Source: Microcoleus sp.
GTDB taxonomy: Bacteria; Cyanobacteriota; Cyanobacteriia; Cyanobacteriales; Microcoleaceae
NCBI GenBank assembly: GCA_042408215.1
Contig: JAYFMW010000005.1
Location: forward strand, 64,001 to 128,000
Direction: 5' to 3'
DNA length: 64,000 nucleotides
Part shown: piece after piece, positions 9,675-18,137 of the stretch
How the letters are laid out: the number at the start of each line of letters is the position of its first letter
Position numbering within the stretch: the stretch's first letter is position 1
Program-made: the position numbers and the translations under genes
Notes under the pieces: model-generated
Told to the model about the DNA's origin: nothing
The model's database searches: none
Seen by the model: the letters and a program-made list of their open reading frames with translations, nothing else

Positions 9675-10097
9675 ATGGAAGATTTACAGTATCTCGCGGC
9701 CTGGGTGAAGGAGCAACACGCTCGCGAGTATATTTTGACTTGGCTGCTGAGTCAACAGGGACTTTGGTGGTCTGATGGGGACATTTATCAGGCGGTTTTG
9801 CAAAAGTCGGGAAAGCTGTTGAAAGCTTATGTTCAAAAGAGACAAGCGGGAGAGTTATTTGAGGGGATTTCTGAGAAGTTGGGACCCGATGATAATTGGG
9901 ATGATTTGGCGGGGAGTTTGGCGCGAATTGTTGCTGTTTATCAAGAGGAATTATCGCATTTGCAAGATCGCGATCGCAAGGGGGATAGGCTAAAAAAAAA
10001 TTTGAATAGCAAACAGTTGACTGGGGATGCTTTGTCGCTTTTGGAGGTGCAGCAAGCTTTGCCCGATCCTTATGCGGATACGCTGACGGGGAGATAG
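9675..10097 (+). CDS. Hypothetical protein (140 aa)
   Basis: AGGAG RBS; helical protein-like sequence; no recognised motif. Confidence 0.65.
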   Translation: MEDLQYLAAWVKEQHAREYILTWLLSQQGLWWSDGDIYQAVLQKSGKLLKAYVQKRQAGELFEGISEKLGPDDNWDDLAGSLARIVAVYQEELSHLQDRDRKGDRLKKNLNSKQLTGDALSLLEVQQALPDPYADTLTGR

Positions 10098-10491
10098 TCA
10101 TTAGTCATTGGTCATTAGTCATTAGTCATTGGTCATTAGTTATTGGTCATTAGTTATTGGTCATTGGTCATTGGTCATTGGTCATTAGTTATTGGTCATT
10201 AGTTATTGGTCATTGGTCATTGGTCATTAGTTATTGGTCATTAGTCATTGGTCATTAGTTATTGGTCATTAGTTATTGGTCATTGGTCATTGGTCATTAG
10301 TTATTGGTCATTAGTCATTGGTCATTGGTCATTGGTCATTAGTTATTGGTCATTGGTCATTGGTCATTGGTCATTGGTCATTGGTCATTAGTTATTGGTC
10401 ATTAGTTATTGGTTATTGGTCATTGGTCATTGGTCATTGGTCATTGGTCATTGGTCTGTGTAATGACTAACAACTAATGACTAATGACTAA
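10098..10491. repeat. Heptamer STRR tract (GTCATTG/GTCATTA/GTTATTG, about 50 units) followed by inverted units
   Basis: Directly visible tandem repeat. Confidence 0.95.
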
Positions 10492-10628
10492 TATCAAATC
10501 CGGTAGCATCAGAATTATTCATATCTCTATTCTCTCCCTCTGTGTCCTCTGTGTTCTCTGCGGTTAAATCATTCCGATGCAACGGTCAACGATCTAACAA
10601 CTAATGACTGCTGACTGCTGACTAATGA

Positions 10629-12494
10629 CTAAATATAGCTGCTAGCTTGACGGGTAAACATTGAATAGTAGATTTCACCCAATTCTATTAATTCGTCGTG
10701 AGTTCCTATTTCTGCTATTTTACCATTTTCCATCACGGCGATGCGATCGGCTATTTTGGCTAAACCTAATCTGTGACTGATCGCAATCGTGGTTTTCCCG
10801 GCGGCTATTTGGCGAAAGATGCTGTAAATTTCGTGTTCTGTCTTGGGGTCGAGGGCGGCGGTTGGTTCGTCAAAAATTAGCACTTCGGCTGTAGAAAGCC
10901 GCATTAAGGCGCGGGCGATCGCGATTCTCTGCCATTGTCCCCCCGATAAGTCTACGCCGCCTTCTAATTGTTTGCCTAAAGGTGTTTCTAAACCTTGGGA
11001 CAAACTCTTGACTTTGGCGCTAATTCCTGCTTCGGAAATAGCTTGATTGATTGCTGTGTCATCCGATAGGTAAATTAAGTTACCGAAGCCGACATTTTCG
11101 CGAACTGTGGTGGGAAAACGGGCGTAATCTTGCATGACAACGGCGATGCGCGATCGCACTTCTGCTATCGGGAGCGATCGCAAATCTTTGCCATTCCAGG
11201 CGATCGTACCACTTGTGGGGTCATACAGGCGACAAAGGAGTTTTGCTAAGGTGGTTTTACCCGCGCCATTTTCACCGACAAATGCTACCATTTCTCCCGG
11301 TTGAATAGTTAAGTTGATATTTTCGACGGTACTTTTATTACTACCTGGATAGCAGAAAGATAGATGCTTAATCTGGATACCAATTGCATCTTTTGTGGCG
11401 CGGGCATCCCGCCTGCTATCTTGTAAAAGCGGCAGGCGAGACGCCAGCCCCACAATCGGAGACTGCAATTCCGGTTTGAGATCCAACAGTTGAAAAATCG
11501 GACTAACTCCCAGAGAAATATCATATAAATTAGTATAATTGCCAATCAGTAATTGCAAACTTTGCTCAACTTGGACAATTAAACCAGAATAGAGTGCCAA
11601 ATCGCCCAAAGTATAGCGGCCACCCAAAGCTCCCATTACTACATAAATAAACGGCAAAGCTACTCCTATTCTACTAAACATCGACCACAATAATACCACA
11701 ATTGCACCCTTTTTTCGCACAAGCTGGATCTCGGTAAAAAACTGCAAAAATTGACTTTGCCAACGCTTTAGCCAAAGTTCTTGCAAGCCAAACAAACGCA
11801 ATTCTTTAGCATACTCTTCCCCGGTCAATACTCCCGAAGATAAGTTCATTTCGCGGGTAATTTTAGCTTGCTTTCTGATAACTTTCCAGATGATTTTGCT
11901 GTATTTTCTTTGTATATAAATTGAGGGAGAGGATGAGAGCAACATCAGCAGCGGTACCCACCAAGCTATGCCAGCAGCAAGGGTTACAGACGGAATGAAG
12001 ATACAAACCCCTGCGATCGCAGAGCTGAGGGCGAATGCTAGTTTTTGTATTTGTGAGATTCCGGTTTTTGCTAGTTGTACAATATTTAAGAGTTCGGGGT
12101 TTTCAAAGAGGGCGATATCGTCGAAATTAGCTACTTTTTCGAGGACTTTTCCTTCGACGAAGCCTTGAACGCGATCGCGCAATGATGTAGATACAAATGA
12201 ACTAATTGTTTCGAGGGCGTCGCCCAGAAACTTGAGAGTTATGACTCCGACAATACTCCACAGCAATATTGGCTGGGAAAGCATCAGAGAAAGTGGCTGT
12301 GCTGTTTGGGTTTGCGACAGCAACCGAGATACTTCATCAATGATAATTTTATCTAAAAATAGCACGGCAGACGGGGCCGCACCAGCGATAATGTTGAGCC
12401 ATATTAAATGGCGGATTTCAGTTGGTGCGGCTTGGATGATTAAACCGAGACTGCGGCGCAGAGATTGAAATGTGGTGAGTTGGAGCAGTTGCAT
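10629..12494 (-). CDS. ABC exporter, fused permease and ATP-binding protein
   Basis: N-terminal TM helices; GENGAGKT, LSGGQWQR and LIFDEPT motifs. Confidence 0.93.
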   Translation of the reverse strand: MQLLQLTTFQSLRRSLGLIIQAAPTEIRHLIWLNIIAGAAPSAVLFLDKIIIDEVSRLLSQTQTAQPLSLMLSQPILLWSIVGVITLKFLGDALETISSFVSTSLRDRVQGFVEGKVLEKVANFDDIALFENPELLNIVQLAKTGISQIQKLAFALSSAIAGVCIFIPSVTLAAGIAWWVPLLMLLSSSPSIYIQRKYSKIIWKVIRKQAKITREMNLSSGVLTGEEYAKELRLFGLQELWLKRWQSQFLQFFTEIQLVRKKGAIVVLLWSMFSRIGVALPFIYVVMGALGGRYTLGDLALYSGLIVQVEQSLQLLIGNYTNLYDISLGVSPIFQLLDLKPELQSPIVGLASRLPLLQDSRRDARATKDAIGIQIKHLSFCYPGSNKSTVENINLTIQPGEMVAFVGENGAGKTTLAKLLCRLYDPTSGTIAWNGKDLRSLPIAEVRSRIAVVMQDYARFPTTVRENVGFGNLIYLSDDTAINQAISEAGISAKVKSLSQGLETPLGKQLEGGVDLSGGQWQRIAIARALMRLSTAEVLIFDEPTAALDPKTEHEIYSIFRQIAAGKTTIAISHRLGLAKIADRIAVMENGKIAEIGTHDELIELGEIYYSMFTRQASSYI

Positions 12495-12558
12495 AGTTTG
12501 TGGGTGTCGGGTATACTCATCCCCTCCTGGTATATTATAACAGTAAAAACAAGTAACT

Positions 12559-15375
12559 TTAGATCAACTGAAATGCCGTTGTCTCCAAAATCATCTTAAC
12601 ATCAGCCGGATTTGTTGATACGACAGTTTGCCAATGACCAAATCCGCCATACTGATTAACAGCTTTAATCCACTGCTCCAAAAATACCCGTTTCGCCTCA
12701 TCTTGGTGAGTCCGTTGTCCTTTAGTTTCTAAGATCAAAAAATTTCCGTTTTTCAAGCGAATGATGAAATCAGGGCGATATTTCCGCACAATTCCGGCAA
12801 ATATGTAAAGAATTTCAAAACCCAAGTGGTCGTTTTTTACCCAAGCATCAACATTTTCATTTCGATCGATTTCAAAAGCTTCGCTGGCTTCCCATGTACT
12901 ATCAAAAATGCCACAATTAATATGGGATTTTTGGGTATATTCGCAAGGTTTACCCGTATACCAAGGGCGCATATCACCTGTAGAACGGATGGGATGTTCT
13001 GGATCGAATACGGGTTCAAGTTTTTCTGTATTCTCTAAATAAATCGCGTTCCAAATATGTTGCACAATTTTACTCATATTGAGAGTAATCAAAATCCGCC
13101 GTTTAATTTCGTCCAAACTAAATAAGGGTGGATTAATTTCGATAAAATCTGATTGGATAAATTCTTCGACTAATCGAATCAGTTTTGCTAGCAAGTATTC
13201 TCTATTACCTTTCCAACCAGGTTTCATCTGATCAAAAATATCCCTAGAAACTTCAAAAGCAATTTTTTGCATCCGAAATTTTTCACCTAAATCTTCTAGG
13301 TCAATCGTCTCAATTCTGGTCACATCCGGTTTTCCATCCAAAATAGCGGCGAGATCTGCTTGTGTGCTATTATCATAGGCATCTAACTTTAAAGGTTCAA
13401 CCAGACTCAGATCGAGTTTGAGTTCTGGTTGATAAATATAATCAATGCGGATGATATTGGGAAACTTAATTTCAAATTGCTGCTTTTCCAAAACTGGTTT
13501 AATTTCCGTTTTAGGATTAGGTGGTGGTGGTGGCGTTCCTTCATCAGATTCGTGGGGAAGAAAGGTGAAGGGAACACCAAAAATATTGACATATTCGGCT
13601 TCCAGTAAATTAGTTTCGGGGTTAATATCATAAGCTGTTCTGCGTAAACCTCTACCTACTACTTGTTCGCACAGAAGTTGACTAGAAAATGCGCGAATCC
13701 CCATAATATGCGTCACAGTCTTGGCATCCCAACCTTCAGATAACATCCCAACTGAGATCACATTTTGAATTTGTTCCCCAGGCTTCCCAAGTTGACCGAC
13801 TGTATCAACTGTTTTTCGTAAAAGTTCTGCTTGTTCCTTCTTTGAAAGTTTGCGGATAGGTTCATCATCAGAGTTATCATCTTCGCTATTTTCTGCGGTT
13901 GTGTCTTGTATATCGGTACTTTCTTCTTGGGATTCTGCCATTTTCAAAACATTAGAGTCGATGTGTAAAGTGCGTTCTGAGTTGCAGAGTTCTTCAATAT
14001 GGATTTTATTATGGTCGAAGGCGTATTTAATTCTAGCCGCAGTTTCAGTGCGATTAGCAATGGAAATCATGGCTGGCGGTACTTTTAACCCAGATTCTTT
14101 CCACTTTTTAGCTGTTTCTAGCCAATCTTTGCCTAGTAAATAATAGCCATTATTGAGCAAATCTGGTAATGATTCATTCGGCTTGGCTTTGCGATTGACA
14201 TCATCGTAAACTTCGGGATCTCGATAAAGATGGTAAAGACGGGATTTGAAATCTTTTACATTCAGTCTGGAATCGTCACGAATCACCACGCGAGGGGTTT
14301 TAACTAAGCCGGATTCTATGGCATCATTTAAGCCAAAATCGCTGACAATCCAGCCAAATAAAGCTTCTTCTGAACTCTTTTTACCAGAAGGTGCAAAGGG
14401 TGTGGCAGAAAAGTCAAAACAGGTGAGAATTTTTCTAGCTTGCTGAATGCGATCGAGTCCACCAACCCATTTTGTTGCCTCATCTAATTCTTCTTTACTA
14501 ACACCTTTAATCTTGGATTCAGCAGGTATGCGCCATGCGTGGTGCGCTTCATCGTTGATGACGACAATATTACTAGAATTGGCAATTTCTCCTAACACTT
14601 CCCTTGCATAAGCTTCGTTACTTTTTGCACCCCGTTTATCAACTCCTTTTTTCTTCTTAATTTGTTCTTCTGTTTCCCAATTCAAGGCGTGCCAATTGCG
14701 GATTAAAACTTTGCCTTGACGGAGTTTATCGAATAATCCCAGAGGAACAATATTGAATATTTCATAGTAGTTATTTTCGGCAGAGGGAAGCAGAACTTGT
14801 AGGCGATTTCTAACAGTTAGTCCGGGTGCGACAATAAAAATAGCTTTAGAAAAACGGGTATCTTGAGGATAGGTAACTTTATTGATAATTTGCCATGCAA
14901 TTAACATCGCCATGACGATAGTTTTGCCCGAACCTGTCGCCATTTTGGAACAAAGGCGTTTGAAGTTTCCGCCATCATCAGGAATATCAATGCCTACTTT
15001 TGCAGACGCGGGAGATTCTGTTAGCCAGATTAGGGTTTTTATGGCTTCTAACTGACAGAAAAAGAAGGGAAAATCGCGTTCTTCTGAGTTGTTCCAGTGT
15101 TCTAGCAGACGCTTGGTAACGCCTGTGACACCGGGGTATCCATCATCGCACCAAGCTTTGACGCGGGGACGGATCTGGTTAACGAGAGGAATTTCGACAA
15201 ATTTGCCGGGATCGTCGAAGGTTTTAGAGCTTTCCGAAGCGATGATATAGCCTGCGGGGCGTCTTCCCTCTGCACGGTTGAATAGACGAGAAGTGCGATC
15301 GTAGTGCCAATATTGTTTCGGTTCTTCGTAGGGAGAATTGATAATGAGTTGATTAATTGTAGTTTGTGATGACAT
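12559..15375 (-). CDS. res: Type III restriction endonuclease Res subunit (SF2 helicase plus PD-(D/E)XK nuclease)
   Basis: MATGSGKT, DEAHH, EGWD, QVVGRGLR; C-terminal YRPDF...LETKG. Confidence 0.92.
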   Translation of the reverse strand: MSSQTTINQLIINSPYEEPKQYWHYDRTSRLFNRAEGRRPAGYIIASESSKTFDDPGKFVEIPLVNQIRPRVKAWCDDGYPGVTGVTKRLLEHWNNSEERDFPFFFCQLEAIKTLIWLTESPASAKVGIDIPDDGGNFKRLCSKMATGSGKTIVMAMLIAWQIINKVTYPQDTRFSKAIFIVAPGLTVRNRLQVLLPSAENNYYEIFNIVPLGLFDKLRQGKVLIRNWHALNWETEEQIKKKKGVDKRGAKSNEAYAREVLGEIANSSNIVVINDEAHHAWRIPAESKIKGVSKEELDEATKWVGGLDRIQQARKILTCFDFSATPFAPSGKKSSEEALFGWIVSDFGLNDAIESGLVKTPRVVIRDDSRLNVKDFKSRLYHLYRDPEVYDDVNRKAKPNESLPDLLNNGYYLLGKDWLETAKKWKESGLKVPPAMISIANRTETAARIKYAFDHNKIHIEELCNSERTLHIDSNVLKMAESQEESTDIQDTTAENSEDDNSDDEPIRKLSKKEQAELLRKTVDTVGQLGKPGEQIQNVISVGMLSEGWDAKTVTHIMGIRAFSSQLLCEQVVGRGLRRTAYDINPETNLLEAEYVNIFGVPFTFLPHESDEGTPPPPPNPKTEIKPVLEKQQFEIKFPNIIRIDYIYQPELKLDLSLVEPLKLDAYDNSTQADLAAILDGKPDVTRIETIDLEDLGEKFRMQKIAFEVSRDIFDQMKPGWKGNREYLLAKLIRLVEEFIQSDFIEINPPLFSLDEIKRRILITLNMSKIVQHIWNAIYLENTEKLEPVFDPEHPIRSTGDMRPWYTGKPCEYTQKSHINCGIFDSTWEASEAFEIDRNENVDAWVKNDHLGFEILYIFAGIVRKYRPDFIIRLKNGNFLILETKGQRTHQDEAKRVFLEQWIKAVNQYGGFGHWQTVVSTNPADVKMILETTAFQLI

Positions 15376-15394
15376 AATTTCTCTTTCTTTCTTG

Positions 15395-16006
15395 TCAAGT
15401 TTCCCAGGTTGGTTGAAAATTTATAAGTGCATTCATCGCACGTTGCAGACTGCGAGAATTGACTTGTGCTGCTTCAACTTGCCAATTGTTTTGAACAAAC
15501 TGGATAAGTTGACCGTTATAATCTTTCCCTATTTTAGCAGTGCTGTTACGTTCTGGGACGATCGCATCCCGCAGCTTTCGCTTCTTTGACTTTTTAGCCA
15601 GATAGATTAAAAGCTGCTTGGGATCGGGAATTTCATCAACATTAGCTGGAATTAAACTAACTGAAATACCTAAAAATTCTGCAAAGGCTTCTCGATGTGC
15701 CAGTAACCACGCTTCCACTTCTTTAACAGCAATCCGAAACAGCAGATTAGGATGTTTTGGTTGAGTTAGCCACTCGGAAAGAATTACTAGCGGGCATTCG
15801 GCATTATCCAAATCAGTTAATACTAAGTATGGCATTCCATTTGCCGCATGATTTAATCCAGAAATAATCTTTTTAATTTTGCCATATCCTCTCTGATTCA
15901 AGCAAGATCCCACTGAAAATGGACGTTGAGACTGTTTGAGCATTTCTTTAAGAACGGCTTCACTCAGTACATCCTCAAACACTAGATTGATGGGAATATC
16001 CGTCAT
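15395..16006 (-). CDS. TOPRIM-like putative nuclease (DUF4276/RloB/AriB-like)
   Basis: VFED, LTDLD (DxD) and EVEAWLLA motifs; ATGA overlap with the upstream ATPase. Confidence 0.75.
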   Translation of the reverse strand: MTDIPINLVFEDVLSEAVLKEMLKQSQRPFSVGSCLNQRGYGKIKKIISGLNHAANGMPYLVLTDLDNAECPLVILSEWLTQPKHPNLLFRIAVKEVEAWLLAHREAFAEFLGISVSLIPANVDEIPDPKQLLIYLAKKSKKRKLRDAIVPERNSTAKIGKDYNGQLIQFVQNNWQVEAAQVNSRSLQRAMNALINFQPTWET

Positions 16007-17151
16007 TTGAATAAACTTAGTTGTTCGATCGCTGGCGGTGCTGTGAGAGGAAGTGCAGCATCTGCTATGCTTAAACCTCCTTCTAATAGCATTGTTATTT
16101 GTTCGTTACTTGAGGCAAGTTTTACTTGAGTTCCTTCAGCAGTCGGTGTCATTAGCAAGACTTCTTCGCCACCTATACCTTTGTCTGAGAGCAAATCGGC
16201 ACTATGGGTACTGAGAATAACCTGTCGCTTTCTCGGACGCTGAAGGCGATAAATCAGAGACGGTAGATTACTAACAATCGCCGAATTTAAGGAAAGTTCT
16301 GGTTCTTCTAGTAACAATAATGAATCGGTTTCTAACAGTGACCATAGCAAGCCAATTAACCGTAAAGTTCCATCAGAAAATTGGTCTTCCCGTTGTTTTC
16401 CCGCTCCGGGCCGCCAATGTTCGTAAACAGCTTCCAAATGCGGAACCCCCATCACATCTTTGGTATCTGTGAGGTTTTTCAATTGTGGGACTGCCAACTT
16501 TAAAGCATCTTCAATTTTTCTTAATCGCGATTTTCTAGTTTTTTCGGGAGTTTTAGCAACTCGCTCTAAAAAAGTTCTCCCAAAAGGATCTTCGGAAAGT
16601 CCGGGGGTAGCAAAAGCTTCGGGATGGCGAACTAACTGAGGAATTAAATGTAAATATAAAATCGATTCCAAAAATTTAGCAATTTCTCTAAATTCTGCAT
16701 TGGCATTAATTTGCTCTAAATAAGTCTGGGTGAGACGTAGCTCATCTTTGTCATCCTCTTGAGTAGGGCGATCGATAATTTGTCTGTCGCCTTTCCAAAC
16801 TCGTTCGTAGGCAACAATCGCCTCATTCTTGCCACCTTTTTTCTGTTTAATTCCCAGCCCATACCTCCATAATGGCTGTTCGGCATTAGATTCTGAAAGG
16901 CGAATTTCTATTTCTACATCGGGATATCGACGTGCATAAAGACTGCGAATTTTTGAGACGCCACCTCGATCGATCGCAGCTTTCTGCAATCCGCCTCCTG
17001 CTTTGGCTAGATCCCGCAAAAAGCGCAATGAATCGAGGAAGTTTGACTTACCGCAGGCATTCGGGCCTACCAGAAAAACGCGATCGCGCAAATCAACATT
17101 CACTGACTGAAAATTGCGCCAATTTTTCAGAGCTATATGGGAGATAATCAT
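16003..17151 (-). CDS. ABC-type (AAA_15/AAA_21-like) ATPase, soluble
   Basis: GPNACGKSN Walker A, FSDG signature, LLLLEEPE Walker B, STHS H-loop; no TM segments. Confidence 0.9.
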   Translation of the reverse strand: MIISHIALKNWRNFQSVNVDLRDRVFLVGPNACGKSNFLDSLRFLRDLAKAGGGLQKAAIDRGGVSKIRSLYARRYPDVEIEIRLSESNAEQPLWRYGLGIKQKKGGKNEAIVAYERVWKGDRQIIDRPTQEDDKDELRLTQTYLEQINANAEFREIAKFLESILYLHLIPQLVRHPEAFATPGLSEDPFGRTFLERVAKTPEKTRKSRLRKIEDALKLAVPQLKNLTDTKDVMGVPHLEAVYEHWRPGAGKQREDQFSDGTLRLIGLLWSLLETDSLLLLEEPELSLNSAIVSNLPSLIYRLQRPRKRQVILSTHSADLLSDKGIGGEEVLLMTPTAEGTQVKLASSNEQITMLLEGGLSIADAALPLTAPPAIEQLSLFK

Positions 17152-17194
17152 TATTTTAACCTAATCAAAAAAATAAGATTGATCGTCTGAACAC

Positions 17195-17803
17195 TTACCC
17201 ACAATTAAAAATCTGCACCGCAGTCAAATTTAACTCTGGAAATACTGCCGATGTTATCCTTTCATCTCCTCGAAACAGCTTAATTTGATACTCACCATCT
17301 ACTAGCTGATAAACCGATAAAGTTGGCTGTTTTGGAGAACCAATATAACGGCTACCACCTAAACCCAAATAATCTACAATCCAATATTCGGGAATGCCTA
17401 ATGCTTCATAATCAATCATTTTGTGTGCATAATCATCGCGCCAATTTGTGCTAACAACTTCAACCACTAATTTGATAGAATCTCCCTCAGTAATAACGGA
17501 TTCTCTTTCCCATCGAGATTCATTGGCTGCTACGGCTTGTTTATCTAATACAATCACATCTGGATCGTAGCCAGAGTTATCGCAAAATTTAATTGTACAT
17601 TCCTTGGGAATAAAGTAAGGAAGCTGTAGTCGCCTGATTTCTAAACCAAACTCGAACGCCTGAAAACCGGCGCTGGCTGAATGTTTACCAGTTGGATTTG
17701 GCATTTCAACAATAACTCCGTTATGTAATTCATAATGTCCGTTTTCTGGTTTCCATTCCAGAAATTCATCAAAAGTTATTAACTTGGGTATCGTTTGAAT
17801 CAT
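17195..17803 (-). CDS. Uma2-family (DUF820) endonuclease
   Basis: YELHNG, PDVIV, LVVEVVS and K..DYEALGIPEYWIVD; GGAGG RBS before ATG 17803. Confidence 0.92.
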   Translation of the reverse strand: MIQTIPKLITFDEFLEWKPENGHYELHNGVIVEMPNPTGKHSASAGFQAFEFGLEIRRLQLPYFIPKECTIKFCDNSGYDPDVIVLDKQAVAANESRWERESVITEGDSIKLVVEVVSTNWRDDYAHKMIDYEALGIPEYWIVDYLGLGGSRYIGSPKQPTLSVYQLVDGEYQIKLFRGDERITSAVFPELNLTAVQIFNCG

Positions 17804-17980
17804 CGGTAAAACCTCCAACTTTTTTATGTAATTTTCATGTAATTTTAAATATTCTTTATTTGTCGCCAAATCCCCAGGGCTATTCCTTCAATAATTACCT
17901 CTTTTTTATTGATAGCCAGAGTCATAATTATATTCTCCCTAATTAAATACCTAAAATCATTATAGCACTCACTCACCCAG

Positions 17981-18134
17981 TTAGTAGGGTGCGTCAGATT
18001 TTTAATTTAATTCTCTCACTCATAGGTTAATTGTCTGACGCACCCTACGGTTTTGGTTAGTAGGGTGCGTCAGATTTTTAATTTAATTCTCTCACTCATA
18101 GGTTAATTGTCTGACGCACCCTACGGTTTTGGTT
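17981..18134. repeat. Tandem duplication (about 76 bp) of a GTAG REP-like hairpin
   Basis: GTAGGGTGCGTCAGA...TCTGACGCACCCTAC occurs twice with identical loops. Confidence 0.9.
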
Positions 18135-18137
18135 TCT

